64,000 nucleotides of DNA from Eledone cirrhosa (taxonomy: Eukaryota): the NCBI GenBank assembly GCA_964016885.1, contig OZ024742.1:192882001-192946000 (forward strand), given 5' to 3'. Shown piece after piece: positions 1 through 15,624 of the stretch. The number at the start of each line of letters is the position of its first letter. The stretch's first letter is position 1. Below the pieces are notes generated by a model, which was not told the origin of the DNA, made no database searches, and saw nothing but the letters and a program-made list of their open reading frames with translations. The translations under genes and the position numbers were made by a program.

Positions 1-899
1 CGATCTCCTGGAGACGTCGAATAGGTCTGAAGTTGTTTATTTATTTGCCCTGGCAACTCCGTTGTTGAAGAGAAGGATTTTCCGGCAGTGAGCAATGATT
101 TCCCTGTCTAAACCATCGACGGTAGTGTAAGTGGTATGCTAGTCCAACACTTTGTTTAACAGAGTCTCTGAGATCGACGGGTAAAAATCAACAATGTCAA
201 ACTGTGAACTTCGCTTTTTTGAATTTGAAGGAATTAAACCACTTAATTACGGAGTCGCTGTTCTCCCACTGGGACAAGTTGGACTTGGTCCTAATGGTCT
301 TAACTATGTTTCTAGTATGGCCTTACTTACTAGTCCCATATCTGTGTGTGTTGGGTTTAATAGTCTACATGTGGGGTTAGAAAAAAAGTCTAGCTTGTGA
401 TCTTTCAGGGTGAGGAACGCCTCCCGCTTAGCTAGAGATTGAAGCTTCGTATCTACCTTAAGGGCGGCGGCAAGTTCTTTGGTTTCTGTATTAGTGTCAT
501 GGTAGGCCATAGGGTTAGCTTTCTTATATTTTGAAGTAATAGCATTACGAGCCAAGTGGCGGTAAGTGGTGTTGTCGACTTCGTAAATATTATTAGTTAT
601 GTCGGAAACAACGAAAGTGTTATTAGAAGACCTAAATTTCTTAATATTACTTCTAATTTTAGTTTGAAAGGTGTTAGGTTGTTTGCGAAAAGAGCAAGTT
701 CAGTTACCTTATGAGAGTAGGCTCTCGATTGCAGGTTCAAGGTGTTATTGGTGCCTGTAATATTGCCGTCGAAAAGTAGGGCTTGCCATCTTAAGCGTCT
801 GACGACATCTTCCGATTTTTGTAGTAGAAGCTCTTGGTAAACATGGTTGGAGGGAGTGGGAAAGTTATTCAGGGAGTAATCCAGTTCGTATAAATTCAT
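1..899 (-). pseudogene. Naiad-like Penelope-like element, N-terminus and RT (frameshifted; continues beyond the window start)
   Basis: ORF pieces 597-899 (LDYSLNNFPTPS..YQELL..VRRLRWQALLFD) and 304-555 (AFLTLKDHK.DF..NPTCRLLNP), plus FSQFDIVDFYPSISE near 165-210. All match Naiad-type PLE RT motifs. Confidence 0.85.
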
Positions 900-960
900 A
901 CTGACGCTGATGAGTCACAAAATTGTGTAGGACACGAGTATATAGAGAGCGCTCATACTC

Positions 961-1790
<830 letters not shown>

Positions 1791-2080
1791 TTGACAATTG
1801 CACAGAAGACAACGCACCAAAAGATTATGTACAACAAAGCTATAAGCTTAACGCTTAATATTGTAGCAAAAGAGTCTCAGCGTTTCGGACAGAAGTACAT
1901 TACCAGGAGATAGAATGTATGTGGTGTTCATATATCGACACTGTCCCTCCTTGCATCTAATGCTATACACTACATTCATAGTTTACATTTAATATCTTGG
2001 CTTAAGATTGTTGCACGGGCTTTTGTTCGACCACAAAGAATTTTACTGATGCATCAGTGGCGCACGCACGCACACACACA

Positions 2081-2186
<106 letters not shown>

Positions 2187-2208
2187 CACACGCACATACA
2201 TACGTATA

Positions 2209-3222
2209 TCTATATACATAAATGTATTTCTGTCTGTTTGTGTGTTTGTTTGTGGATTTGTTTGTGAACCAAAAACTCAAAAACTCCCAAACCGATCTTG
2301 ACGAAAATTGCACGCGTGTGGCTCTCATGCCCCCTTAATTTCTTACATACTTTGAAGTTCGAAAATAATTTCCAGTCTACATCGATTTTTTATAAATCAA
2401 TAGGACATTTGCATACAAATGCTCATATGAATGTTATTATCTGCCATGACTTTTAAAGTTCTCAACTGGTTTCCTTCAAAATTGAAACACAGATAAACTA
2501 TGTGCTAAGGATGTCTTTAGGCTAGGAAAAAACTACCCCAGACAACTCGCTGGAGGCAGAAATCTTTCATTTGGTTTGTTTCTTCTGATATGAACAACCA
2601 ATTTGCTTTACACCTTATTGATACATTATTTATGTATCAATAAGTTGTTAAAAGCTATAACAGGGCACCTTAATAAAGCGAAAACACCGCAAATATCGAA
2701 TGTCGCAAATGCTTTTTTCAAGCATCTTAGATACACCACTTATGTGCACTGCATTGTTTTCTCCAGCGGGACAATGGGATGTAAAACAATGGGATGTATA
2801 ACAATTTGCCCTCCACGAGCCGAGTTTTACCCAGACAAATGGGATTTATCGGTTCTGGTCGTCTAATACGGGGGTATTTTCCGAAAATGTATACCGGGCA
2901 GAACCCTTTGCGAATCAAATAGAAATCTTCAATGGGCCACAGTTGACACGCGTGCCGTAAGGATATTTAATAATTATCTACCCACCCTAGGCTCTGTCAA
3001 CCTTGCTGCTAACATGCGTATATTTAACCGAATGGAACATCTTATGGGACGGATAGAAGGCCTGTGCGGGTCGCACTAACCAGTTGGCCGTGGTGTGGAC
3101 ATCCCCGACGATGACCGTGTTTTCCTATAAGACTTAATTCTACTGAGAGCTTAATCAAGTGTTATTTTATGCACAAACAATTGTATTACTTAAACCCTAG
3201 CAACGCTGGGTACCTCAGCTAG
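2209..3222 (+). mobile_element. Non-autonomous Helitron with a Pif1-helicase remnant
   Basis: A|TCTATATACATAAA 5' end. The 3' hairpin ccctagcaacgctggg is followed by CTAG|T. Internal degenerate GGIFRKCIP (~2870-2897) and VNLAANMR (2996-3019). Confidence 0.75.
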
Positions 3223-3261
3223 TATATATATATATATTTATATAGGTGCATGTGTACATAT

Positions 3262-3365
<104 letters not shown>

Positions 3366-4088
3366 CGCGTGTGTGTGTGTCTGTGTGTGTGTGTGTGTGC
3401 GTGTGTGTGTGCGTGTGTGTGTGTATGAGCCTGCGGTGCTGCGACCAGGGAGAACACTAATCATTGCAAGATGCAGAGTAGATATAGAGATATGTACAAT
3501 CCCGACAGCTTGGCTCCGCGGTCGAAATTTGACACCTCGTTCTGTGTATATATATATATACGGAAGCGTACACATGTGCGAAAATACCCCCATATATATA
3601 CATATATAATTAGGAAACGAAGGGAATTCAATTATAACTTTGTATTGTACATTATTCAATCATGTGTATTACTATAAAGTATGCTTCACTTACTATTTAT
3701 TTAAGGAGTGATGTGTCGAGGGAATCGTCCGAGGGACACCAACGTAAAACTAATTAACGATTCGGATACTTTAATTTCCTTTCTCCCTACACCCTGTCTT
3801 TATAGAAGGCGCTATGGGACATAAGTTTTTCCCCCCATTATCCATTATATAATTACATTGGAAGGTAATTATATCAAATATGTGCACTGTTAAGGAAATG
3901 CTTATTGATATTGTTAGATAACATGCAAGTGCAATACCTTGTAAGATGCTTGCACGGAGATATATGTACATATAACAATGCTTCAATTGTGTTAGAACGC
4001 GAGACCTTGCCATATATAGGCGAACGTCTTATGTTAGCAATTCACTGCGATAAGAAATGCATTGTGTGTATGTGTATGAATCTTAAAA

Positions 4089-4220
<132 letters not shown>

Positions 4221-4226
4221 TAAAAG

Positions 4227-4440
4227 GATCGATCGACTTTCGACAAATCGGACCGAGGAAACAATGTTTTCGTCGGTCTTTCCAATTGCTAATACTCTCT
4301 ATCGGTCGCAACTCCAGGTAGAAGGAGCAACGTGAAATAAAGTGTCTTGCTCAAGGACATAACGCATCGCTCGGTCCAGGAATCGAACTCACAACCTCAA
4401 GATTTTAATCCAATTGCCTAACCACTCAGCCACACGCCTT
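4227..4440 (-). mobile_element. tRNA-derived SINE, family A
   Basis: The minus strand has A-box TGGCTGAGTGG and B-box GTTCGATTCC, followed by gtccttgagcaagacactttatttcac. A close copy is at 29500-29715. Confidence 0.85.
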
Positions 4441-4441
4441 C

Positions 4442-4472
<31 letters not shown>

Positions 4473-4489
4473 CACACGCACACACACAC

Positions 4490-7530
<3,041 letters not shown>

Positions 7531-7535
7531 TTATG

Positions 7536-7595
<60 letters not shown>

Positions 7596-7935
7596 AGCAC
7601 TCTTATTTCCTGGAAATGTCCAGGGAAGAAGAGTGCTCTATCTAGGTTACAGAGCTTAATAGTTATGTAATAAACAACATGAGATAATTATTTCATTTAC
7701 TAGTGGTTTCTTGAAAGCAAACAAAATTTGCTTTCACTCTTCAGAATGAAAAAATCCTGGTGTATTTATTGACAGTGGATTTTGAAAACAAAAATATTAT
7801 CTATATTAAAGTGAGGCTGGAAAAGGAAGAAGGAAAGGAAACAGAATAAATATAAAAGTAGATAAACACACATGCACACACACATACACACACATACGCA
7901 GACACACACATATACATACACACATATATACATGT
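7596..7935 (-). mobile_element. PLE pLTR/3'UTR copy (inverted relative to ~11960-12185)
   Basis: 7665-7880 is the reverse complement of ~11970-12183. It contains an HHR. Confidence 0.8.
7691..7751 (-). ncRNA. Type-I hammerhead ribozyme
   Basis: Minus strand: tttcatt-CTGAAGA-g tgaaagcaaa ttttg tttgctttca a-GAAA-ccactag-TA-aatgaaa. Confidence 0.8.
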
Positions 7936-7940
7936 ATATA

Positions 7941-9438
7941 CAGTGCCCCGCAAAAGTTTACAATACATTAGGAAAAATGCAGTTTTAGGTATTTTTAATA
8001 AAGTTAGGGTAATGAAAATGTAACTACTGATAGAACATATAATGAGGCATTTAATGATACAATCATATTTTTAAAAAAATAACAAGGAAATAACACATGA
8101 AGAAAAATCAATATTTTTATATCGCAAAAGTTTACAACACATTTTATATTTATCGCTTTTTTTCAAGAAAATTCTTAAATTTTCAGATTTAAAATTCAGT
8201 AGAATGTTCTAGATTAGGTTTAAGGTAACATCATTATTTGTCTGACAACCATCCTGTAAACATTGACAACCGTCCTGTAAACATGGACAATATGGGGAAA
8301 AATAAACTGATTGATCAAGAGCTCTGTAAACGCATTGTAGACCTTCATACAAATGGTGTTGGTTATAGAAATATATCTTGTAAGTTCAATGTGCCATTGA
8401 GTTCAGTTGGTACTATAATTCGTCACTGGAAATCTCATCATTCCATCTGTCCTCTCATTAGTTCTGGTTGTCCTAGAAAGATAACGGAACGTGCAGCTCG
8501 GTTATTGACGAGAAAGGTTGGCAACGAACCCCGGTGTACTCTTAAAAATCTTCAGGATGACCTAGAAGAAAGTGGAGTAAAAGTGAGCACAGATACAATT
8601 AGTCGTTCACTACATCGATATAATATCTTCTCGAGGTCTCCAAGGAAAACACCACTTCTTAGAGGAAACACGTTCTTCGTCGATTAAACTTTACAAATGA
8701 GCATCTCATCAAATCTGCGTCATTTTGGGAAGATGTACTTTAGTCGGACGAAACAAAAATTGAACATTTTGGTCGAAATGCTGTGGCAAAAGTCTGGAGA
8801 AAGAAAGGTACTGAATATTCGCTGAAGAATACTATTCCAACTGCAAAATTTGGAGGTGGATCAATCATGGTCTGGGGTTGCTTTAGTGCCACAGGAGTAG
8901 GAAATATTGAAATAATAGAAGGAAGAATGGGTGGCACTTATTATAGAGGTATTTTCCAAAGGAATTTACATCAAAGTAAACATTCTCTCAGCTTAAAGCC
9001 AGGTTGGTTTTTTTCAACAAGATAACAATCCAAAGCATACTGCAAAGCTAACACAATCTTGGTTAAGTACGAATGGAATAAATGTTCTAAAATGGCCATG
9101 TCAGTCTCCAGATCTTAACCCGATCGAAAATTTGTGGAGAGAATTCAAAAAAGGAAACCCCAAAATATCCCTGAACTAAAGAAAATTTGTTGTGAAGAAT
9201 GGATAAATATTAGCCAAGAAACATGCAAGAAGTTTGTAGGAGGCTACTTCAAACGCCCTACAGGCTGTAATTAGCAACAAAGGTTACGCTACGAAATATT
9301 AAGAGATGATTTAATAAATGTGTTGTAAATTTTGCGTTATAAAAATATTGATTTTTCTTCATGAGTTATTTCCTTGTTATTTTCTTAAAACTATGATTGT
9401 ATCATTAAATGCCTCATTATATGTTTTATCGGTAGTTA
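7941..9438 (+). mobile_element. Tc1-family DNA transposon (IR/DR type), right TIR truncated
   Basis: TA|CAGTG start. The direct repeat cgcaaaagtttacaa occurs at 7949 and 8123 within a ~200-bp left IR. 9316-9438 is the inverted copy of 8021-8144. Confidence 0.92.
8292..9302 (+). pseudogene. Tc1 DD34E transposase, frameshifted
   Basis: Paired-like HTH N-terminus, G.PRK, V(L)[41 protein letters not shown], ending KGYATKY*. Confidence 0.92.
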
Positions 9439-10401
9439 AATAATCTGTGTATCAGATAAACAATGCACAAATAAACAATGGACCATGCCACGTGGCTTGA
9501 ACCCGTAAGTGAATTGAAGGTTCTGCAACTCTGATACACAGATTATTTATTATTAAGATGTATAAACTTGACATAACTATTATCATCTTATATTCTCTCA
9601 ACTAATCACACTTGATCATATTTCTCTATCCCGTTTTCTCCCCCCATAATTATTATATTTTTATTATTATTTGAAAAAATCGGTTTTTTTACATTGTTTT
9701 CCCCTCCAAATATTCGCTTATATTTCTTCATATATTCTCTATATATTTTTTTTATCTTTATTTATTTTTTTATCTTTATTATTTCCACTTTTATCCTCCT
9801 TTATAGTTTACCTTATTCTTACTTTTATACCTTATTATAGTGTAATCTTCCCCATGCCTTATTATACACTATTAATTATAGATTATTATTATTACTCTTT
9901 TTCCATTTCTAATTACCTCATGTACTTTCTCCTCCGCTATATATATATATATATATATTGTATGCCCTTTGTGTTTGTGTAGCCTCTGCGCACCCTCTGC
10001 ACCATACTATCGACGCCACCCCATCTATGGTTCAGCTAACCACCCGACTCCCGGGAATGAATATGACCGCAGCTAGTAAACAAGGACCCACACACCACCC
10101 TCCAGCACCAAAATTAGACTTATCGTCCCCTACTTTTGCTCTTTACTCTCTTTACTCTTTGTTCCTGAATGTTTGGTTGGTAGAGTCCATAACACCAATC
10201 AAACGCCTTTTATAGCTCTGACGAATTCTACGGTTACGTAAGGAAGAAACATTGTAAGCCAATAAAAACCTTTTGATGTTGTAGACGCTCTTGTGTTCTT
10301 TTTCATATATACGGCTCTGCTCCAAAGCATAGAGCTAATTATTATGCTGCCAATACCTTAATGGGACACGGGTATACAATACCTAACTCCTATTAACCTA
10401 A

Positions 10402-10403
<2 letters not shown>
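9439..10403 (+). mobile_element. 5'-truncated PLE 3' end (last codons, 3'UTR, pLTR)
   Basis: QWTMPRGLN resembles the P.GLN end of the Neptune-type GIY-YIG domain. There is an 18-bp 5' inversion (9439-9456 vs 9530-9547), then an HHR and AATAAA, ending at (TA)n. Confidence 0.7.
10215..10259 (+). ncRNA. Minimal type-I hammerhead ribozyme
   Basis: gct-CTGACGA-attc tacg gtta cgta aggaa-GAAA-cattg-TA-agc, then AATAAA at 10261. Confidence 0.78.
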
Positions 10404-10431
<28 letters not shown>

Positions 10432-10437
<6 letters not shown>

Positions 10438-10488
10438 TTCCTGATGATTTCTAATGAATGAAACAGTTCTAGTCCTGTAGAATCTCAT
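10432..10488 (+). ncRNA. Type-I hammerhead ribozyme (solo, between two (TA)n tracts)
   Basis: atgagattc-CTGATGA-tttctaatgaat-GAAA-cag ttctagtc ctg-TA-gaatctcat. Perfect 9-bp stem I and canonical core. Confidence 0.88.
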
Positions 10489-10497
10489 CTATATTAA

Positions 10498-10554
<57 letters not shown>

Positions 10555-11761
10555 CACAGACACATATACACAGTAATAAATATCTACAAATTATAAAGGT
10601 GGGTATGTAAAGGGTAAAGTAGAAAGTAGGGGGTGATAAGGAAAATAAATAACATAGGAAAGAGTTTAAATATAAGGGGAGATAAGGGAGAAAAAGAATA
10701 TAAGAGTAGAGAAAGTGAGTTCAGAGAATAATAAAAATCGTAGTGGATGTAAGGCGTAAAGAGCAGAGAAGAAGTTCAAGGTGGTTGAGTCATCGTAGAA
10801 ATGTCAATCCGGTTGTTTATTTATAGATATTTATTTCTGTGTGTATGTATGTGTTGTGTATATGTGTATGTGTGTATCTATATACATATATGTATATATA
10901 TATGTGCATATACTTATATATATCTGTATGCATAATTACATACACAGTGATTTAATGTTTATTTTCATTGATTATTTGCTCTAGGATATGTTGAGTGCTC
11001 TAAATCAGCTATAAACATTTATACCTTTATCTATTTATTTATTTATTTATTTATTATTTGTCGTATTCCCAACTATTTGTTTACCTCTTCCACCTTTTTT
11101 ATTTTTATATATATATATAATATTTATGTATTTTCTTATATATATATATATGTATATGTATATATATATGTAGGTATGTGTGTGTGTATATATATATATA
11201 TAAATGTGTGTATGTATGTGTATGTATATATATGTATGTATATATATATATATATGTATATGTGTGTGAATGTGTATGTGTATGTATATATTTATATGTA
11301 TGTGTAAATGTGTATATTGCTTACCACATGTGTTTGTTTATTTATTTGTGTCCTTTCCTGTATCGTTGTCAACTTTATAATAATTTTTATTTTTATTTTC
11401 TTAAGTCGTATATTTTTTATTCTTCATTTTCATATTGATGTGATGGCCTTTTGCATCATACGGTTGTCCGTTGTTTTCTATTTTTATTTTTTATTATTAT
11501 TTTTTCTTATAATTAATTGTGTGTGTGCATATGTAGGTGTGTTTACATATACATATATATGTGTGTGTGTATGCATGCGTGTATATATATGTGTATGTAT
11601 GTGTGTGATGTACGTGTGTATATATGTATGATTGTATGTGTGTGTATATGTATATATATATATGTATATATATATATGTATATGAATATATATGCATGTG
11701 TGTGTGTTTGTGTATTTGTGTGTATGTGTATGTATGGATATGTATATATATATATGTATGT

Positions 11762-11797
<36 letters not shown>

Positions 11798-11798
11798 A

Positions 11799-11841
<43 letters not shown>

Positions 11842-12095
11842 ATATATATATATATGTATGTGTGTATATATATATATATATATGTTTGTATGTGTATATA
11901 TGTGTGTATGTATATATATGTATATATGTATATATATGTATATATGTGTGTATGTATATGTGTGTGTGCGTGTGTGTATGTTTATCTACTTTTATATTTA
12001 TTCTGTTTCCTTTCCTTTTTCCTTTTCCAGCCTCACTTTCATATAGATTATATTTTTGTTTTTAAAATCCAGTGTCAAAAAATACACCAGGATTT

Positions 12096-12156
12096 TTTTA
12101 TTCTGATGACTGAAAGCAAATTTTGTTTGCTTTCAAGAAACCACTGGTAAATGAAA
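12096..12156 (+). ncRNA. Type-I hammerhead ribozyme
   Basis: ttttatt-CTGATGA-c tgaaagcaaa ttttg tttgctttca a-GAAA-ccactgg-TA-aatgaaa. 10-bp stem II. Confidence 0.88.
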
Positions 12157-12199
12157 TAATTATCTTATGTTGTTTATTACATAAATATATATATATATA

Positions 12200-12338
12200 T
12201 AGGAAAAAGTATAACCCCGTCGAAACGGCTTGAGCTCTGCCGTCGGGGTCATACTTCTTCCTATTTCCCACTCTACTAACCTAAGTATTGAGTACTCTGG
12301 TGCGTTATGGTCCATCTGGTTCCTTACCACAATTCCTT

Positions 12339-12342
<4 letters not shown>
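12200..12342 (+). mobile_element. Solo pLTR end of the 12992-17005 Naiad family with a ~20-bp 5' inversion
   Basis: Matches 16881-17005. taggaaaaagtataaccccg is the inverse of cggggtcatacttcttccta. Confidence 0.8.
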
Positions 12343-12420
<78 letters not shown>

Positions 12421-12425
<5 letters not shown>

Positions 12426-12968
12426 AATATATTACGCAGAGAGAAGAGTGTTACACAGTGAGATGCGTATAAAGAATTATTACATTTTGGTTTAACCGTT
12501 ACTGTATGGAAAACAACACCTACAGGTTGGCAATTAAATAGAAAGAACCCTAAGTCAGAATCAAATCTCCGAAGTAGAGTTTTAAATTACCAACCTTATA
12601 ACTATATGCTTGCTGATACGAATCTATTTCGCCCTGCTCTGGGCAGCGTGGATACTTGCGTTCTCTCCTTCCATTAGGCTAGATGTGTCCCGGGCAATTC
12701 CACACTTGCTGACTGAGGAACCTGTGGTTTTGTACGCTACACGTTTCAGTGGCGAAACGAAATAGATTCGTATCAGCAAGCTTATAGTTATAAGGTTAGT
12801 AATTTAAAACTCTACTTCGGAGGTTTGATTCTGACTTAGGGTTCTTTCGATTTAATTGCTAACCTGTAGGTGTTGTTTTCCATACAGTAACGGTTAAACC
12901 AAAATGTAATAATTATTTATACACATCTCACTGTGTAACACTCTTCTCTCTGCGTAATATATTTGTAT
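12421..12968. repeat. Fold-back (inverted) PLE pLTR pair, ~210-bp arms
   Basis: 12421-12631 is the reverse complement of 12758-12968. Both outer ends abut (TA)n. Same family as 45957-46295. Confidence 0.9.
12705..12780 (+). ncRNA. Type-I hammerhead ribozyme
   Basis: cttgctga-CTGAGGA-(34-nt stem II region)-GAAA-cgaa ataga ttcg-TA-tcagcaag. Perfect 8-bp stem I and 4-bp stem III. Confidence 0.85.
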
Positions 12969-13061
12969 ATATATATATATATATATATATATAACAAAGG
13001 AATTGTGGTAAGGAACCAGATGGACCATAACGCACCAGAGTGGGAAATAGGAAAAAGTATG

Positions 13062-13158
13062 ACCTCGACGGCAGAGCTCAAGCCGTTTCGACGCCTATTT
13101 CTGGACTAAATTAGAATTTTCACCTGGTGAATAAATAGCCGAACTTTTCAAGGGGGTA
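13062..13158 (-). ncRNA. Hammerhead ribozyme, U3:A8 variant (TTGAAAA)
   Basis: Minus strand: ccccc-TTGAAAA-gttcggctattt...aaataggcgtc-GAAA-cggc ttgagctct gccg-TC-gagg. Confidence 0.75.
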
Positions 13159-13831
13159 CTTCCTTATATGGTAAAATTGTAGTTGTCAAGAGAATTGGTT
13201 AAAATTTGTTGTAAACACAAATAAGTCTATCATGGCATTTGGTGGGAGGTAGGGCTGGCTGAACTTGCCCGTAGAACAATAGGGGAATGACAGGTGGGTC
13301 AAGCGTTGAAAGGGATATGTATACAGCAGATTCTGAGGATAGAGTATGAAGTTGAGGAGGGAAGTTATACAATAGGTAAATCGAATGAGAGTAGGAGACG
13401 ATAAAAGATAATAGAAATAAAAAAAAAAAAATATAAAATTAGATAGTAAGAAATGAATAAAAAAATCACAATGCTATCATACAATTACAGGTTAATAAGT
13501 TGAGAATAGAAAAAAACTTGTAGAAATTGAGTAGTACCAGAACTGATACAGAATTAAAGGGGTTTAACACGTCTGCTATAAGTATTAGTAAAACGTATTC
13601 GGCCAATTCTATCTTAAGATTACAGGGGTGGGGGAACTGATGCTACAGAGGCCCGATGGGCTGCATCGGGGTAGGCGAAGGGGAAAAGCAGACAAGGAAG
13701 TAAATAGGGGTGGAATGAAGTGATAGGATGGGACAGGGGGAAGAAGAAGACAGACGAAAAGAAAAGAAAAGAGATACATCTACCTAAGTAAGCTGGGTTT
13801 CCCCTAACAAGTAGGGGGTCTCAGCCCTTGT

Positions 13832-15624
13832 CTACCCACCCGGGTCGTTATGGGGATTGAGGGCTAGGTAAGTCCTACGTAATCTGTGTTCCTCTCTCTT
13901 CTTTCTGAGTTGGTCCTTCGAAAACAGCATTTGTAATGTTTCCTCCGAGCATAAGTTACACGGACGGCGTCCTCCCGTGTAAGAGTTAGCTTTGGACACT
14001 AAGCTCCAAGTGAGATTGTAGGTTATATTATTATCTTGGAGGTCCCAGATGTGGCCCGAAAGTGTCGTGGCATGTCGCCGGACTGGGTTTCGGAAAGTAT
14101 GTCGGTGTTGGTAGAGCCGAGGCTTGAAGTCACACGCGGTTAATCCTATATAAGCTTTATTGTAGGTGTCCGTCCTCAAGTTGCACTGGTATATCACGTT
14201 ACGTTCTCGGCATTTGTTGTTGAGGAGGCACGTAGATCTATCAGGGCAGTTACACCTCATGGTCGGCTCTTCACTGATGTCTAGGTCATTTCTTCCATAG
14301 GGGTTGAGTTTTTTGTTGTTTGAGGAGACGATGTTTTGTGCGAAGTTAGGTGTGGTGCTGTAGGAGAGTTTGATGGAGTTTTTGTTGATTATGTTGTGGT
14401 AGCGGTGTTGTAGTGGGAAGTGTTTTTCGAGGAGTCTAAAGAAGATTTTCTCGATAGGTGTTGCCACTTCGGCATTATGGGGAGGATTGAACCACGTTAC
14501 GTTGCGTGAGCGGCGGAGTCGCCTGCTGGTTCCGCTAAGGGAAGCTGGATAAAAGGATATTTCCTCCCGGAAGCCACTCCGCTTGAGGGCCTGGTTGTAA
14601 TGAGGCACATGTTCATCGAATATCTGCTCATTAGCGGACAAACGAGATATACGGAGGGAGATGTTTTTAACCAGGTTATTGGTGATGTTTCTAGGATGGT
14701 TAGAGTGGCGGTGGATGTAGTGCAGTTTGGCCTTTGGTTTCCTGTATGGGTAGTACAGATCATTTTCGAGGTTAAGGGTAACGTCCAGGAAAATGACTCG
14801 GGTTAGGGACGTTTGTAGGGTGATTTTAAATCCCCAGTCCCGGAAGAAGTTGATTAGTTGTTTACGGACCCGGTCTGTACTACTGGGGTTGTACCCTTTG
14901 AGGGTGAGGAGCCCATCATCCCGGTACAATCCACCTCCGAATGCAGGAAACATTTCGGTGAGTTTAAATAGTAGGAATAATCCTATAAGATCTGTGACCT
15001 CGGCCGAATCCGTCGCGCCCATACTGACGTGAAGGGGGAGTGGGGAGCTCTCTTTATCCACTTGGAGTTGTCGAAAAGTAGGACTGTCTTCCTGGCATGG
15101 AGAATGATATTTCTTTCCTAGTCAGTGATGGGCGTGAGTGTTTCGGCGAAGTCCAAGGCGGCCGTAAGATGTGGTAAGGTAATAGATGCATAGTAACTCT
15201 CTATGTCAAACTGGATGAATTTTGTGTATTGTTTGTCCTCCATATTCCTGAAACATGAGATTACTTCCTGGGTGTTGACCCATAGGCTAAGTCTCACGTC
15301 TTGCTTAACTTTTGGTATAACTCTGTCTAGGATATTTTTACTGATTCTCCCTATGTCCGACTTCGTTGGGTTTATAAACCTAATGGATGGTTTGTGGTCA
15401 AAGTCGGATTTGTTGTCCTTCAGTGTGAAGGACCGTAGATCTAGGGGTTCAGCGCGGTCGGCGACCCCGAGGCTAGAGGTAATTTGTTGTCCATCTCGAT
15501 TTATGTCCTCGATAATTGAATGGTTAGCCTTTTTATAGGTGGAGTTTAGGCTGCTCCTGATCAGTGTGTGGTATCTGTCAGGGTTGACGAAGTAGAGGTT
15601 TCCAGTTATGTCCGAGTGCACCAT
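13832..15624 (-). pseudogene. Naiad-like PLE RT and GIY-YIG endonuclease (frameshifted)
   Basis: FTLKDNK..RFINPTKSDIG, FIQFDIESYYASI, VSMGATDSAEVTDLIG, GLYRDDGL, FLDVTL, SNHP, WFNPP, CNC..C..C, VIY..YIG, CNLC..E. Confidence 0.93.

Noticed and set aside
1870-1960. Minus-strand HHR candidate (ggacag..ctgtcc-GAAA)
   Set aside because: There is no CTGAnGA/TTGAnAA core and no stem I.
4370-4440. tRNA gene
   Set aside because: It has A and B boxes but no complete cloverleaf, and it continues into a repeated SINE body.
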